Origin: Polymyxa betae A26-41
Taxonomy: Eukaryota; Protista; Endomyxa: Phytomyxea
Assembly (NCBI GenBank): GCA_003693705.1
Contig: RBZT01000591.1
Span: 1 to 64,000 of the forward strand
Direction of reading: 5' to 3'
Length of the DNA stretch: 64,000 nucleotides
In this document: positions 61,075-64,000 of the stretch, in pieces
Numbering within the stretch: the first letter of the stretch is position 1
How the letters are laid out: the number at the start of each line of letters is the position of its first letter
Translations under genes and position numbers: made by a program
The notes under the pieces: model-generated
Seen by the model: the letters and a program-made list of their open reading frames with translations, nothing else
Told to the model about the DNA's origin: nothing
Database searches by the model: none

Positions 61075-63793
61075 TTATTGCTTAGGGCTTGTTGAATTAA
61101 AACCGGTCTTTTCATGCTCGGATACCAAAGCAGATATCGGGGATTCGCCAACGATACCCCATATTTCTAGCAATGAAACTCGGAAATCTCGGGAAGAACT
61201 CAACATCGGAGAATCAAATGTATCGCTTGCACCGGAAGAGCCTTCTCGAAGCGAATGCTGCAGGAAAATGGCAAAATGCGTCCCGCCCCCAATCGAAATC
61301 GAATCGTGACGGCACAAAATAAAAAACTTGTTCTTTCCACTGTGAAAGGCCATTAATCAGCCACACTTTTTCCAAAAAATAAGCTAAATAAAATAGTGCC
61401 AAACAGCAAATGACGCGCTGGCAGAATGAATAACAAACATCATACATACCTCCATGGATAAACAGAAAAATGTCCACTTGTTTTTCTGCTCGTCCTAAAT
61501 AATACGGTAAGCAAATGCGCCATGGTGGTCATTTCATCCCATACCCAGAAAAGCCGTCTGTATTGTCATCAATAAACTGGAAGACAAAGCATTCTCCATT
61601 TCCAAAATAGCCCGGATGCATTTTCAAATTTTCAGAGACAAAAGCCCCAAAGACACACCCTTGTTCGTCCTAACTCACGAAACCTTAGATTGTTTCAAAG
61701 ACCCGAGGAAGAATACCATGATTATGAGAAATGCTGCTCTAGAATAGGCCACTGCACGATATCTTATTTGCAATTGAGCTTAGCAAGGGTCGGTGCAAGC
61801 AGGGATGCTTACAGCGTATTAAGGCTCATACCATCTTCAGTGAGGGTATACAATCTCCTCCAGTGATCAAAATGGTATCTAGCAGGCATGGCAAGGAACA
61901 GGTTCTCCAAAAGTTTGGGATCTAATATCGAGCTTTCCCCATGAATGACAATTTGCGGTGACGAAGGGATGTGAATAGGCCCCACATCTACTTCACTTTG
62001 TTCTTGCAACCTCGGTCTTAAAATTCGCTCAACGGATTCGATATTACATGGATCCCCACGAAAACGAATTGAGTTTTGCACACCATTTCGCTTAAAAGAA
62101 ACAATCAGAAGCGAACCATTGAGAACGCTTAGCTCTTCAATACTGGAGATGCGAACCGCAATCTGCATACAGCCTGCAGGAAATCAGTAAGGAGAATAGA
62201 AAGAAGGGGTACCCAACCGCGAATATCATCCTGAGCTTCGAACATCAGAAGCCTGGTTGTTACAGACAAAAGGCCCCAGCGATTGAGAGATTCCTGGATT
62301 CCAATCAACGTCACCGGAATGCTAGCCCTTTTGGATGACTACCAGACAATGACAGCATCAGTAAATCACTGAAGGATCTAGGATGTGACTACGTTTTCAA
62401 GGTCGGGGGAAGAATGCCTTCGAAACACGACTGGGGAGAGATTGAGAGATTGTTCTTCACTCGAAGACAGCTGACGTTCCTCATTACGAAGCTGTCGCAT
62501 CATATTCTCTGCAACGGTGAGAGACTCGCCACCTTTATCAAGTGCCATCAAAGTGTTAAGTTGTGCTACCATCAGCTCGTCCAGCTTTTTTTGAGTTTGG
62601 GATACAACCTCCTGGCGCTGTTTTGCTTTGCCAATTGCTAGACTTAAAGCCCCCTATAAATCCAGAGCATTCGAGAATGAGCGAAATGTCATATATTGAA
62701 AAAATATACGAAAGCTGAAACAAAATTTGTTAAAACATCCGTTACCAAGTTGATCCGTCTTTCAGATTCTGCACGATACTTTTCGGCTTCCAGATTTTCT
62801 CGTTCTAAGCGAATTGAATCTGCTTGCCTTTGCAGCGCCTCGAGGACATTTTTATGCTGCTGCATTTCGATTTCAGTAACAGCAATTTGCCTCTGCAGAT
62901 CAGAAAGCTCTGATTTTGTCTGTGATTCATCGTTGGTGTCAGCAAGTTCTGTGTCCTACAACAAAAATTATTGCACGCTGAGGATATTAGGATCCAAAGA
63001 AAAAAACGCGTCTACCGAAGATAAAGATTTAAACGAATCTTGACGTATTAATGTAGCTGTACGCTGGCCGACATGAGCAGTTAGAGCGTTATGACGGAAA
63101 TGCGAATCCTCAAGATGTTTCCTCCTTTTTTCAATCACACGATTTAGATTCGCCAGTTGCAAAGACAATCTGGAACATGAAATGAAACAGGCACAGCCAA
63201 AAAGTAATAAAAATACCGGCCAAGCGAATCGGTTAAATGCTTGATTTTTGCAACGTCGCAACTCTTGGTAAGTTCAGCAACAGTCTCACTGGAGATCTTT
63301 AAATCGGCTTGAGCGGCTGTTAAAGCACGATCTGCTTCCTGTAGCTCTGCCTCGATACGTTCTAATGTTTGAACAGGATAAGCAAACATAAACACAAAAA
63401 AATCCACAAGTGCCAAATTCAATGTTCAACATTGCGAATGAACAGAATTCATTTTTGCAAAAAAAGATGGGCTATATCAATTTCTTACCTAAAGAAGATG
63501 CTTGAATCTGCACGTAGTCGAGAAGAGTGTCGTGCTCTTTCCGATACCTTTTCCACTAAACAGCGGTGGGTTAACGGTAGCAAAGACAGTTCAGCAACAG
63601 GTAAACAAAATAATGGCAGAGAAAGTATATTAAAAGCTAAAAAGCTTACTTGGCGAGCGATACGTCGCTGCTTCTCAGATGGAGTTTCATCATAAGCATC
63701 AACATCGCTATTCGGCGGAGGCAACGGTGGCGGTGCTGAATCACCTGTGATAGAGCGCCAGAGCCTTGCTGGAAGAGATAAAACGTCGTCCAT
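61075..63793 (-). CDS. TLDc-domain (OXR1/NCOA7-like) protein with N-terminal coiled coil, multi-exon
   Basis: WRRLYTLTEDGMSLNTL, GCVFGAFVSE, YFGNGECFVF, ISIGGGTHFAIFL..LREGSSGASDTFDSPML...LEIWG. Confidence 0.88.
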
Positions 63794-64000
63794 CTAAATG
63801 ATGACGAGGGTCGATGAGGACTTCGAAAACATCATCGACACAATGTGAAGGTTAATGTTACAGCTAGATGAAGATTTTGAAGTTGAACCCGTTAATTACG
63901 GCGCAACCCAAGTGTTGGAGCGTGCCGATTCAGTATTGGTAACAGCAACAGATACACAGCGAGTACAGTGAATTTTCACATAGCATTTAGCATGATGGTC

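Overview
Compact, intron-rich eukaryotic genomic DNA. Most introns are short (about 45-70 nt) GT-AG and intergenic gaps are often under 200 bp. IFT38/CLUAP1 implies a flagellated stage. Gene content and intron style suggest a SAR-group protist such as a plasmodiophorid, but this is inference only. About 25 genes were reconstructed by eye across introns. Recognisable ones are PP1 inhibitor-2, RFC3, a GPI-anchored Kazal inhibitor, a C2H2 factor, an STE20 kinase, mitochondrial AspRS, SPATA20, TMEM260, a peroxisomal ABCD transporter, rhodanese, phosphonopyruvate decarboxylase, CLUAP1, SEC63, NDUFAF6, primase small subunit, FAM192A, an ER DnaJ, a TRIC channel, FAM135, tRNA-Glu, NF-YB and a TLDc protein. 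The most notable items are: (1) one gene fusing a Gat1-like GT8 domain to a Glt1-like GT32 domain, the last two steps of Skp1 hydroxyproline glycosylation; (2) an intron-containing, apparently mitochondrion-targeted phosphonopyruvate decarboxylase; (3) a roughly 7-TM receptor fused to a dead TKL pseudokinase; (4) an orphan island at 29-34.2 kb that includes an arabinogalactan-peptide-like mini-protein; (5) a hAT-like MITE beside the tRNA. Multi-exon coordinates give whole gene spans. Splice paths are manual and unverified.
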